DNA of 56,148 nt, taken from NCBI GenBank assembly GCA_034663685.1, contig JAXDJC010000219.1, positions 1 to 56,148 of the forward strand, given 5' to 3'. How positions within the stretch are numbered: the stretch's first letter is position 1; the number at the start of each line of letters is the position of its first letter. The notes under the pieces are model-generated. The model was given only the letters and a program-made list of their open reading frames with translations, searched no databases and was not told the origin of the DNA. The translations under genes and the position numbers were made by a program. Below, piece by piece: positions 23,760-33,238 of the stretch. The DNA is from Thermoleophilaceae bacterium (GTDB lineage: Bacteria > Actinomycetota > Thermoleophilia > Solirubrobacterales > Thermoleophilaceae).

Positions 23760-25171
23760 GCAGGCACCTCCGCAAGTTCATAGCGCCGGACCGCGATCCC
23801 GGCGAAGTACCAGAAGATCATTCCGCCGAACCCGTAGAACGCGTCGCCCGAGAGCAGGGTGATCACGAAGAAGGTCATTACCGCGAAAACTAGGAGATCC
23901 AGCCCGGCTGGGCGCCGGCGGGCGTTGCGCCACGCATTTCGGTAGGTGCTCACGAGGGCGATCATGACGAGTAGGAATCCGAACGGGCCGACCTGGAGCA
24001 GCGTGCTCAGGTAGCCGTTGTCGGTCACGCGGATGCCACCGCCTCCGAGGCGGGTCGCCTCGCCCGCCTGACCGATCCCCACTCCGCCTGGTCGCGAAAG
24101 TCCGAACGGGACCAGGGCAAGCGACGCGCCGGTCCGGTCGCCGGCAGACTGATCCTGGCCCACGCTACCGAAGGTGCCGACGCGGCCCCCGATAGCCTGC
24201 CCGGTCGATCCTCCGAACACGACCGGCCCGAGTACCACGAGCAGGAGCAGAAGCGGGACGACCCGCTTGAGGGCGGCCCCGCGCGAGACCAGGACGATTG
24301 CTATCAAAGCGATCACGAGACCCACCCATGCGCTCCGGACGTACGTGAGTGCGAGGGCGCCGAGGACCGTGAGCAGCCCCACGAACGCCCACGGCGTAAG
24401 GCGCCGCATGGTCAGGTAGCAAATCGTCGTGAACGCCATCACGAGCGCGAACGTGCCCGGCGAGTTGAGTGTTCCCCACACCCGGATGCGCCCCGCCTCG
24501 GGCGATCCCCCGGTCTCGAACTGCGCTGCCTTCTGCCACACGGAGTCCCATTCGGGGAGCGGCACGACGTAGTACTGGCGGAACGCGTACAGGGCCAGGA
24601 ACGGGCCGATCGCGATCATCAGTCGAGACAGCACCGGCCGCGCCTCCTTGGCCTCGCGGTAGCCGATCACGAAGCAGCCGGCGGCCGTGATGTACGCGAA
24701 GAACGCGAAGACCGCCGCCGGAGGGGCGATCACGAAGCCCATCGGCATCCCCACCGCGTACCCGCCGGCGACGCAAAGGATCATGCGTCGCGCGCGCTTG
24801 CTCAAAGTGACCTGCTGAATCTCAAGGCCCACGATCACGGCGGTCACGAGGAACGGGGCGAGCGCCAGCGGCTCGGTGCCGGTGAGTGGCTCGCTCAGCA
24901 GGAAGATCCTGCGGATGAACGGGGCGAGCAGCCAGGTGAGCCACACCGCCACCAGGCCGGCCGTGCGGTCCCGTGCGTAGAGCCCCACGGTCACCACGAC
25001 CAGCGCGACTGTGCAGCCGGCCTGAATCGAGATCAGCGACACCTTCGCTGTGAGGAGCGCGACGAAAATGGCGAGCACCCACCAGGCGGGCCCGCTCGTG
25101 GGGAGGCCTAGGGTGCTGGGCGGCGGGCGCGGGGCGGGCGGGCCGGCCGGCACCGGTTCAGTCCCGCGCAA
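23756..25171 (-). CDS. O-antigen polymerase/ligase family (Wzy-like) membrane protein
   Basis: 471 aa with about 10-12 TM helices and a large loop containing RSAWVGLVIALIAIVL. 4-nt overlap with the wzz-like gene. Confidence 0.75.
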   Translation of the reverse strand: MRGTEPVPAGPPAPRPPPSTLGLPTSGPAWWVLAIFVALLTAKVSLISIQAGCTVALVVVTVGLYARDRTAGLVAVWLTWLLAPFIRRIFLLSEPLTGTEPLALAPFLVTAVIVGLEIQQVTLSKRARRMILCVAGGYAVGMPMGFVIAPPAAVFAFFAYITAAGCFVIGYREAKEARPVLSRLMIAIGPFLALYAFRQYYVVPLPEWDSVWQKAAQFETGGSPEAGRIRVWGTLNSPGTFALVMAFTTICYLTMRRLTPWAFVGLLTVLGALALTYVRSAWVGLVIALIAIVLVSRGAALKRVVPLLLLLVVLGPVVFGGSTGQAIGGRVGTFGSVGQDQSAGDRTGASLALVPFGLSRPGGVGIGQAGEATRLGGGGIRVTDNGYLSTLLQVGPFGFLLVMIALVSTYRNAWRNARRRPAGLDLLVFAVMTFFVITLLSGDAFYGFGGMIFWYFAGIAVRRYELAEVPA

Positions 25172-26147
25172 CGACGCCCCTCATGGTCTCGAGCGAGCCG
25201 AGCGCCCGGGCGGCCTGCACCTCGAGGCCGAGGTGCCGCAGGAGCACTCCGGCGTGGAACAGGCCGGACAGCGCGCCGGTGGCGAGCGTGAACAGCGGCT
25301 CGCGCGCGAGCAGCGGCCAGACGCGGCGGAGCGGTCGCGGCAGGCCCATCCCGACAGCATCTGCCACGTGGCCCGCGGCCGGCTCCGCCGTCAGCCCATC
25401 CCCGACGAGGTCGGAGTGCGCCTCGTGCAGCAGCACGCGCGAGCGCCCCTGGAGCCGGCAGTCGCGCCGGAACTGGGGCAGGGTCCGCTCGTAGAGGTGC
25501 TCGGCCGCCAGGCTCGGGTCGAAGACCGGGCGAATACCCGCCTTGGCGCAGCGCAGCCCGAACTCACGGTCGTCCTGCCCGCGCTCCACCGCCAGGCCCA
25601 CCACGCCCACCCGCAGGAAGTCGGAGCGCGGCATCGAGAGGTTGCCGCCGTATAGCCCGTGGAGCACGAACGCCGGATCGGCCTCCCAGCCGGCGCGGTG
25701 CATCTCGTACCCGCGCCGGTAGATGCACGCGATGCCGCGGCGGCCGGGCGGCAGGCGGCGCCAGTCGTTGGGCATGTAGCCGAGCACGAGCTTGGGCTCG
25801 AGCGCACGGTGGTGGCGCGCGTGGCCGGCCACGAGGCCGGGAGCCGCGATCACGTCGTCGTCGAGCAGCACGATCACCTCGCCGGTGGCCGCCTCCACGC
25901 CCGCCTGTCGCGTGGGGCCCGCTCCGCGGTTGGGCAGGTCGAGCACCACGAGGCGCTCGTCGGTCTGGCGGCGCTCCCGCAACCACTCCACGGACCCGTC
26001 GTCGGAGCCGTCCACCGCCATCACCAGCTCGTGGAGGTCCGGGTCGCGCAGCAGCGGCTCCACGAATCCGGGCAGGCCGTCGCGGCGCTTGTAGGTGGGG
26101 GCAACGACCGACACGCGCGGGGGATTATGGTCTTTGGGAGCTGTCAT
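25158..26147 (-). CDS. Glycosyltransferase family 2 (an alternative GTG start is at 26156)
   Basis: VSVVAPTYKRRD, AVDGSDDGS and LLDDDV motifs. Confidence 0.85.
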   Translation of the reverse strand: MTAPKDHNPPRVSVVAPTYKRRDGLPGFVEPLLRDPDLHELVMAVDGSDDGSVEWLRERRQTDERLVVLDLPNRGAGPTRQAGVEAATGEVIVLLDDDVIAAPGLVAGHARHHRALEPKLVLGYMPNDWRRLPPGRRGIACIYRRGYEMHRAGWEADPAFVLHGLYGGNLSMPRSDFLRVGVVGLAVERGQDDREFGLRCAKAGIRPVFDPSLAAEHLYERTLPQFRRDCRLQGRSRVLLHEAHSDLVGDGLTAEPAAGHVADAVGMGLPRPLRRVWPLLAREPLFTLATGALSGLFHAGVLLRHLGLEVQAARALGSLETMRGVVARD

Positions 26148-27219
26148 GGACGCCACTCGCGTTTCACTGCTGCTGCCGAATTACAACAACGAGCGCGTCC
26201 TCGGGACCGTCCTCGACCGGTTGGCGGCCCACACGACGCACCCCGACACCGAGCTGGTGATCGTCGACGACGGCTCCACCGACGGCAGCCGCCACATCCT
26301 CGCGCAGTGGCGCGACTCGGGCGCGTTCGGCGGCGAGGTGGTGCTGATCGAGCAGGAGAACGCCGGGGCGATCGTGGCGCTCAACACCGCGCTGGAGGCG
26401 GCGACGGGCGCGATCTGCGTGCAGATCGACTCGGACGCCTCGGTCGAGACGCCCGGCTGGATCGAGCGGATGCTCGAGCTGATGCTGCTCGACGAGCGGG
26501 TGGGCGTGGTGACCGCCAAGGTGGTGATGGACTCGGGCTCGCTGCACACCTGCGGGGTGGACGTGGTGGGCCCCGAGGGCGTTCACGACCGGCCCTCGCG
26601 GGTGCTAGAGCCGGTGGGCCGGCGGCGCTGGCACCACCGCGTGGAGCGCCCGCGCGAGGGCACCGCCGGCGATGCCGAGGAGCTGACCGCCGAGGTCGAC
26701 GCGGCCTGCGGCTGCTGCATGATGTACCGGCGCGAGGACGCGCTGGCGGTGGGCGGCTACGACACCGGCTATGCCCCGGTCTGGTTCGACGACGTGGACC
26801 TGTCGCTCTCGATCCGCCGGCTCGGCCGCAAGAACTTCTACCTCCCGGACGTGCGCGTGGTGCACTACCTGGAGAGCCGGCCCGCGCCCGTGGCGGGCCG
26901 TGACCGCCAGCGCGGCCAGGCCGCCGGCGAACTGGCGCGGCGGGCGGCGCGGCGGCTCCCGGCGCGTGTGCGCGACCGGGTCGAGGCAGGGCTCGGCGTG
27001 GACCTCGGCGGGCACATGACCCGGCCGCAGCTCGCCCGGCTGCGCCACCACTATCGCTACTGGCGGGAGAAGTGGGGCTTCGACCTGCGCAACCCCGACA
27101 TGGCCGAGGTCGAGCGCCGCTACGGCGGCACCGAGATCTGCTGGGCCACCGACCCGGAGCGCCGGGCTGCCGGCGAGGAGATCGTGCGCAACCTCGAGCA
27201 AGCGCGCGCATCGACCTGA
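26146..27219 (+). CDS. Glycosyltransferase family 2
   Basis: VSLLLPNYNNE, IVDDGSTDGS and QIDSDA motifs. The ATG at 26146 gives a typical GT2 N-terminus. Confidence 0.85.
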   Translation: MDATRVSLLLPNYNNERVLGTVLDRLAAHTTHPDTELVIVDDGSTDGSRHILAQWRDSGAFGGEVVLIEQENAGAIVALNTALEAATGAICVQIDSDASVETPGWIERMLELMLLDERVGVVTAKVVMDSGSLHTCGVDVVGPEGVHDRPSRVLEPVGRRRWHHRVERPREGTAGDAEELTAEVDAACGCCMMYRREDALAVGGYDTGYAPVWFDDVDLSLSIRRLGRKNFYLPDVRVVHYLESRPAPVAGRDRQRGQAAGELARRAARRLPARVRDRVEAGLGVDLGGHMTRPQLARLRHHYRYWREKWGFDLRNPDMAEVERRYGGTEICWATDPERRAAGEEIVRNLEQARAST

Positions 27220-27226
27220 GGCGCCG

Positions 27227-29278
27227 GTGGCCCGCGCCCACTCCTTCGACGTCTTCGACACGCTGCTGGTCCGCACCCGTGCGCGGCCGGTCGACGTGCT
27301 GCGCGCGGCAGCCGAGCTGGCCGTGCCAGGGCCGCCGGACCGGGCCGGCCGCGCCGAGCTGGTGGCCGAGCTGAGCCGCCGCCGGGGCGAAGCGGAGGAG
27401 CGCGCGCTGGAGCGGGCCGGCACCGACGCGGTCGGGCTCGACGCGATCTACGCCGAGCTCGACGGGCTCCGCGCGCTCGGGGTGGACCCCGACGATCTGC
27501 GCCGGGCCGAGCTGGAGGTGGAGGAGACCGAGGCGCGCCCGGTGCGCGCCGGGGCCGAGCGCGTGCGGGCGGCTCGGGCCGCCGGGGAGCGCGTGCTCTT
27601 CGTCTCCGACATGTACCTACCGGCCGACCGGATCCGCGCGGCGCTCGAGCGCTTCGGCATCGCGGCGCCGGACGACCCGCTGTATGTCTCCGGCGAGCTG
27701 GGGGTGGACAAGCGCCGCGGCGGGCTCTTCGACCACGTGCTGCGCGCCGAGGGGCTGGCGCCGGGCGAGCTGGTCCACACCGGCGACGACCCCGTGACCG
27801 ACATCGCCACGCCCAGGGCGCGCGGCATCGCGGTGGAGCCGCTCACGATCGGCAGGCTCGACCGCTTCGAGCACGAGCTGGTGGCCAACCTGGGCGCGCC
27901 GCGGGTCGTGGCGGCGCGGCTGGCCGGAGCCACCCGGGCGGCGCGGGTGGCGCACGCCGCCGAGGGTGGGGCCGCTGGGGAGGCTGAGGCGGCCGCCGAT
28001 GGCGAGGCCGGCGCCGGCGCCGAGGCCGCGTCGGTGGCGGCCAACGTGGCGGGGCCGCTGTTCGCGGGCTTCGTGGCGTGGGTCCTGCGGCGCGCGCGTG
28101 AGGAGGGAATCGAGCGGCTGTACTTCGTGTCGCGCGACGCGCAGGTGATGCTGCGCGTGGCGCGCGCCCTTCACCGCGAGGGCGACCCGGAGCTGTGCTA
28201 CCTGTACGGCTCGCGGCAGGCGTGGCTGCTGCCCGGCGTCGAGCGCGTGGACCGGGAGTCGCTGCGCTGGCTTCTCGAGCCGGAGCCCGCGCCGCCGCGC
28301 GCGCTGCTGGCCAAGCTCGAGATCGACGCCGGCGAGGTGGCGGACGAGCTGCGCGCGCACGGGCTGGAGCCGGACCAGCGCCTCGGCGGCGAGTCGCTCG
28401 AGCGCCTCTGGTCGCTCCTCTCGGCCATCGAGCCGCTGATCCTGGAGCGGGCTGCGCGAGCCAGGGCGCTCGCGGCGGACTACCTCGACCAGGAGGGCCT
28501 GCGCGCCCCCGGGCGCTGGGCGCTCGTGGACGTGGGCTGGCGCCTGACCGCGCAGGCGGCGCTGCGGCGGATCCTCGCGGGCGACGGATCGGATCCTGCG
28601 CCGCTCGGCTTCTACCTCGGAGTGAGCCGCGGGCGCCTGCCGATCGCGGAGGCGGGCGATTACCGGGCGTTCCTGGTCGAGGACGACGAGGCGAACGCCG
28701 GCCACCTGAGCGACGGCTGGCTGTGGCGAAGCACCTCGCTGGTGGAGCAGGTGCTGGCGATTGCGGACCACGGCTCGTGCGCCGGCTACCGGCGCGATGG
28801 CGACCGGATCGTGCCGGTGCTGCGCGAGCTCCCGGCCGACCCGCGGCGGGCCGCGCTGTGCGAGTGCATCCAGGCAACGGTTGTGACCTGCGCCGAGGAG
28901 CTTGAGCGAAGCGGCCTGCTGGACGAGCAGGTGGAGCACGTGCGCGCGGCGGGCGTGCTCGCCGGCCACCTGCTGGTGAACCACCCGACGCGCGCGGAGG
29001 CCGCCGCGCTCGGCTGGATCCCCGTGACCGACGACCAGAACGAGACGCGCACCCGTGAGCTGGCCCCGCCGCTCGCGCTCGCCGATGTGCTGATGCGCAG
29101 CCGCGAGAAGCTCGGGCGGCCGGTGGAGCGCGACTTCGACACCGTGAGCCGCTGGCGCGAGGCCTCGTTCGAGCTGGGGCCGCCGGCGGCGCGGGCGGCC
29201 TTCCGCGCGCTGCGGGCCGCGAGCCGCGGCCTGCGGCGCCTGCGCGGCGGCCGCGGTAGCGGCCGCGGCGGATCGTGA
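27227..29278 (+). CDS. HAD-superfamily hydrolase domain fused to a large uncharacterised C-terminal domain
   Basis: SFDVFDTLL (DxDT) motif I, VSDMY and GDDPVTD motifs in the first ~200 aa. An Ala/Glu/Gly linker follows, then about 400 aa of unknown domain. Confidence 0.7.
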   Translation: MARAHSFDVFDTLLVRTRARPVDVLRAAAELAVPGPPDRAGRAELVAELSRRRGEAEERALERAGTDAVGLDAIYAELDGLRALGVDPDDLRRAELEVEETEARPVRAGAERVRAARAAGERVLFVSDMYLPADRIRAALERFGIAAPDDPLYVSGELGVDKRRGGLFDHVLRAEGLAPGELVHTGDDPVTDIATPRARGIAVEPLTIGRLDRFEHELVANLGAPRVVAARLAGATRAARVAHAAEGGAAGEAEAAADGEAGAGAEAASVAANVAGPLFAGFVAWVLRRAREEGIERLYFVSRDAQVMLRVARALHREGDPELCYLYGSRQAWLLPGVERVDRESLRWLLEPEPAPPRALLAKLEIDAGEVADELRAHGLEPDQRLGGESLERLWSLLSAIEPLILERAARARALAADYLDQEGLRAPGRWALVDVGWRLTAQAALRRILAGDGSDPAPLGFYLGVSRGRLPIAEAGDYRAFLVEDDEANAGHLSDGWLWRSTSLVEQVLAIADHGSCAGYRRDGDRIVPVLRELPADPRRAALCECIQATVVTCAEELERSGLLDEQVEHVRAAGVLAGHLLVNHPTRAEAAALGWIPVTDDQNETRTRELAPPLALADVLMRSREKLGRPVERDFDTVSRWREASFELGPPAARAAFRALRAASRGLRRLRGGRGSGRGGS

Positions 29279-30741
29279 GCGCGATGCACGTCCTGCACGT
29301 AGGCCACGGCTACACCCCGTTCCACCACGGCGGGCTTCTGGCGTACGCGGAGGACCTGATGGTTGCGCAGGTGGCCGCCGGCCTCGAGGTCTCGTACTTC
29401 TGCGCCGGGCGCAACTACCCGCTGATTCGCCCCAGCGTGCGGCGCCGGCGCCGCGACGGCGTGAGCGTGTACGAGCTGCTCAACTCGCCGGTTCAGATCG
29501 GCCCGCTCGAGCGCGGCACGCGCCACCCGCGCCGCGATCTCGAGGAGCCGAGCGTGGGGCGGCTCTTCCGCGAGGTGCTGGCGGAGGCGCGGCCCGACCT
29601 GGTTCATGTGCAGGAGCTCGGCCGGCTGCCGTCGAGCCTGCTGGAGACGGCGCGCGACGCGGGCGTGCCGGTGGTGATGACGTTGCACGACTACTTCCCG
29701 CTCTGCCCCACGCTGAAGCTGTTCGACGCCGGCGGCAACATCTGTATGCGCCGCGATCCCGCCCCCGAGTGCGTGCGCTGCTGCCGCGACGCGCCGGGGC
29801 CGCTCGACCCGGTCATCGGGACGGTCGGCTTTCACCGGCGCGGACTGGAGCAGCGTTTCCCCGCCGTGGAGCGGCTGCCCAAGCCGCGGGACATCCTGCG
29901 CCGCCGCCGAGCCGAGGATGGGCCGCCCGCGCCGGGCGCCGTGCCGAGCGCGCAGGAGATCGGCGGCGACATCGAGGGCTTCCGCCTGCGCCGCCAAGTG
30001 AACGTGGCGCGCCTCGGCGCAGTCGACCGGCTGCTCGCGGTGTCGCCGCGCGTGGCCGAGATCTACACCGAGCTGGGCGTGGACGCCGCCCACCTCAGCA
30101 CGATCGGGCTCACGCTCACGCGGCTCGAGTCGATTCGCCCGCGCCGGATCGAGGAGGTCGCCGGGCCGGTGCGGTTCGTCACGCTCGCGGGCTGCTCCAC
30201 GATCGCCAAGGGCGCCGAGGTGGTGGCGGGCGCGCTCGACCGGCTCGCTGCGACGGGACTCACGGACAAGGACCTGACGCTGACGGTCGCCGGCCAGGTG
30301 GACCCGGCCGTGGCCGACCGGATCGCGGCCTCGCCGTTCGCCCGGACGATCGGCGCCTACTCCACCGCGCAGCTCGACGCCCTGCTCGACGGGTTCCACG
30401 TGGGCATCGTCCCGTCGGTGTGGGAGGAGACCCACGGCTTCACCGGGGTCGAGCTGCTGGCCAAGGGGATCCCGGTGATCGGCAACGCCGTCGGCGGCAT
30501 CGTGGAGTACACCCGCGACGGCGAGACGGGCTGGCTCAACCGCGACCGCAGCGCCGAGGGGGTGGCCGCGATCATGGCCGCGATTGCGCGCGATCCGGGC
30601 CAGGTGGCGGGCCTAAGCAAGCGGATCGTGGAGCGACGACACGAGCTGGTGCCGCCGATGGCGGCGCACGTGGCCGAGCTGCTCGAGGTCTACCGCGAGC
30701 TGCTGGCTCAGACCTCGAGCACGTCTGCGCCCGCCGGGTAG
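29275..30741 (+). CDS. Glycosyltransferase family 4 (GT-B); the start may be the ATG at 29284
   Basis: MHVLHVGHGY N-terminus and the C-terminal EETHGFTGVELLAKGIPVIGNAVGGIVEY (E-x7-E region). Confidence 0.85.
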   Translation: MSAMHVLHVGHGYTPFHHGGLLAYAEDLMVAQVAAGLEVSYFCAGRNYPLIRPSVRRRRRDGVSVYELLNSPVQIGPLERGTRHPRRDLEEPSVGRLFREVLAEARPDLVHVQELGRLPSSLLETARDAGVPVVMTLHDYFPLCPTLKLFDAGGNICMRRDPAPECVRCCRDAPGPLDPVIGTVGFHRRGLEQRFPAVERLPKPRDILRRRRAEDGPPAPGAVPSAQEIGGDIEGFRLRRQVNVARLGAVDRLLAVSPRVAEIYTELGVDAAHLSTIGLTLTRLESIRPRRIEEVAGPVRFVTLAGCSTIAKGAEVVAGALDRLAATGLTDKDLTLTVAGQVDPAVADRIAASPFARTIGAYSTAQLDALLDGFHVGIVPSVWEETHGFTGVELLAKGIPVIGNAVGGIVEYTRDGETGWLNRDRSAEGVAAIMAAIARDPGQVAGLSKRIVERRHELVPPMAAHVAELLEVYRELLAQTSSTSAPAG

Positions 30742-31745
30742 TAGCGGGCGAGGCGCTCGAGCCGCTGCGCCCGGCGCTCGTCGCGCGCGCGCTGGGCGCC
30801 GTCCGGGTCGCCGCGGTGGCGCAGCCGCTGCACCGGCGTGCGCATCACCGCGAACGGGCTGGAGAAGTCGGCGCAGACGGTCCGGTACAGCGTGGAGACC
30901 GCCGGGCGCAGCGGCCGTCGCGCGCGCAGCCCGCGCACGAAGCCGGCCACGATCTGCGGCAGCACCGCCACCAGCCGGCGGTCCTTGCTGCGCGCGTCGA
31001 TCGCGGTGCGCAGCAGCAGCCGCCCGAGCACCACCACCGCGTCCGCCGGCTGCATGAGCTTGCCCGCCGAATACGCCCAGTGGCGCTGGTTGGTGGAGTT
31101 GAACACGAGCGGGAACTCGTCGTCGTCGGGGATCGCCTTCTGATGCACGGCGACCACCTCGGGCAGGTACAGGTGCCGGAACCCGCGGTCGAGCAGGCGC
31201 ATGGTCAGCTCGACCTCGTTGCCCCAGATGAAGAGGTTGGGGTCGTAGAACGGCTCTGTCTCGATCGCCCGCCGGCTGAAGAGCGCGGCGCAGCCCACGA
31301 ACCCGAGCAGCCCGGGGTTGAAGTTGCCGGTGTTGAAGTAGCCCGGCCCCTCGGAGGAGCCGATCAGGAACGAGACGAGGTCGGCGCGGTGCTCCTCGGC
31401 GCGGCGCACGGCCACCTTCAGCGCCTCGCCGCTGAGGTAGCAGTCGTCGTCGAGGATCAGCCGCCAGTCGCCCCGCGCCGCGGTCATCCCGGCGTTCCAC
31501 GCGCTCGCGCCCACGTTCTCGGGGTTCACGATCAGCTGGACCTGAGGGAAGCGCTCGCGGACCATCTCAGCCGTCCCGTCCTCCGACGCGTTGTCCACCA
31601 CGATCACCTCGAGGCGGTCGGCGGGATAGTCGAGCCGGTCGAGCACGTGCTCGAGCGAGATCCCGAGCTTGTCGCGGCGGTTGTAGGCGACGAAGACGAT
31701 CGAGACCTGCGGCCAGGCGGCGTCCACGGGCGGGAATGCAAGCAC
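30708..31745 (-). CDS. Glycosyltransferase family 2
   Basis: VSIVFVAYNRRD, VVDNASEDGT and ILDDDC motifs. Confidence 0.85.
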   Translation of the reverse strand: MLAFPPVDAAWPQVSIVFVAYNRRDKLGISLEHVLDRLDYPADRLEVIVVDNASEDGTAEMVRERFPQVQLIVNPENVGASAWNAGMTAARGDWRLILDDDCYLSGEALKVAVRRAEEHRADLVSFLIGSSEGPGYFNTGNFNPGLLGFVGCAALFSRRAIETEPFYDPNLFIWGNEVELTMRLLDRGFRHLYLPEVVAVHQKAIPDDDEFPLVFNSTNQRHWAYSAGKLMQPADAVVVLGRLLLRTAIDARSKDRRLVAVLPQIVAGFVRGLRARRPLRPAVSTLYRTVCADFSSPFAVMRTPVQRLRHRGDPDGAQRARDERRAQRLERLARYYPAGADVLEV

Positions 31746-31765
31746 AGCCCATAGGATCGGGCCGC

Positions 31766-33238
31766 ATGCGCGTGCTGCACGTTGGGTGGGGGTTCTCGCC
31801 GTGGCGACCGGGTGGTTTGATCTTCTACGCCGAGGACCTGATGGCGGCCCAGGTCGCGCGCGGCCACGAGGTGGCCTACCTCTTCGCCGGCCGCCACTAC
31901 CCGCGGATCTCCGGGCCGCGCCTCAAGCGCTGGCGCCGCGACGGCGTGGCGATGTACGAGCTGGTCAACGCGCCGCTGGTGCCCGGCGAGGGGGAGGGCA
32001 CGCGGGACCCTGACCGCGAGCTGAACGAGGGCCGGATGGAGGCCGCGTTCGAGCGCGCGCTGGACGAGCTGCTTCCCGACGTCGTGCACTTCCAGGAGCT
32101 GCACGGGCTGCCGTCGTCGTACATCGACGTGGCCGCGGCGGCGGGCGTGCCCACGCTCATGACGCTCCAGGACTACTTCCCGCTCTGCTCGACCGTGCGG
32201 CTTGTGGACGCCGGCGGGGGGCTGTGCACGCGGCTCGATGTCGGCGCCGACTGTGCCGCCCGCAACGCCGGCGCGCCGGAGGGGCCGGAGCGGCTGATCG
32301 CCCGGACGTTCGACTACGAGAAGGCGGCGCTGCGCCGCCGGCTGCGGGTGCCCCAGGGGGCGAGCTTCAGGGCGCTGAACCCGCTGGTGGGGGCGCTCTA
32401 CCGGCGCGCGGCGCCGGCCGCCGACGCCGAGCCGGCTGCCGGCGGCCAGCCGGCCGCGGATGCCGCTGCGCCCGCCGCCGCACCCGCGAACGGCGCGCTG
32501 GCTGCCGCCTTCCAGCGCCGCCGCGACGTGAACGTGGAGCGCCTCGGCCGGGTCGGCCGGCTCGTGGCCCAGTCCCCGCGCGTGGCCGAGATCTACCGCG
32601 AGCGCGGCGTGAGCGGCGATCGGATCAGGACGCTGCGCTTCACCCTCGCCCACATCGAGCGGCTGCGCCCGCGCGCGCTCACGCGGCCGCCCGCGCCGGT
32701 CACATTCGCCACGCTCAACGGCTGCGTGGATCGGACCAAGGGCGCCGACGTGGTGGCCGGCGCGCTGCGCGCGCTGGGCGAGCGCGGCCTCGACGGCGCC
32801 TTCCGGCTGCTGGTCTACGGACGCGTGAGCGGCCACGTGCTCCCGGAGCTCGAGCGCAACCCCGCGGTGGAGCTGCGCGGGGCATACGAGCGCGAGCAGG
32901 TCGGCGAGCTGCTCGACGAGGTGGACGTGGGGATCATGCCGTCGGTCTGGGAGGAGGCGTTCGGCTACGCCGGGGTGGAGATGCTCGCGAAGGGCCTCCC
33001 GCTTATCGCCAACCCGCTTGGCGGCATCGTGGAGTACGCCCGCGAGGGTCAGACCGCGTGGTTGAACGACTCGTGCTCGGCCGAGGGCCTGGCCGAGCTG
33101 ATGGCGAGCCTGATCGCCGAGCCGGAGCGCGTGCTCGAGATGCACCGCCGCGTGGTTGCCAGGCGGGACGACATCGTCCTCCCCATGGAGCGCCACGTGG
33201 ACGCGATCCACGCGCTGTATCGAGAGCTCGCCCCGTGA
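31766..33238 (+). CDS. Glycosyltransferase family 4 (paralog of 29275-30741)
   Basis: MRVLHVGWGF N-terminus and EEAFGYAGVEMLAKGLPLIANPLGGIVEY. Collinear with the other GT4 along its whole length. Confidence 0.85.
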   Translation: MRVLHVGWGFSPWRPGGLIFYAEDLMAAQVARGHEVAYLFAGRHYPRISGPRLKRWRRDGVAMYELVNAPLVPGEGEGTRDPDRELNEGRMEAAFERALDELLPDVVHFQELHGLPSSYIDVAAAAGVPTLMTLQDYFPLCSTVRLVDAGGGLCTRLDVGADCAARNAGAPEGPERLIARTFDYEKAALRRRLRVPQGASFRALNPLVGALYRRAAPAADAEPAAGGQPAADAAAPAAAPANGALAAAFQRRRDVNVERLGRVGRLVAQSPRVAEIYRERGVSGDRIRTLRFTLAHIERLRPRALTRPPAPVTFATLNGCVDRTKGADVVAGALRALGERGLDGAFRLLVYGRVSGHVLPELERNPAVELRGAYEREQVGELLDEVDVGIMPSVWEEAFGYAGVEMLAKGLPLIANPLGGIVEYAREGQTAWLNDSCSAEGLAELMASLIAEPERVLEMHRRVVARRDDIVLPMERHVDAIHALYRELAP

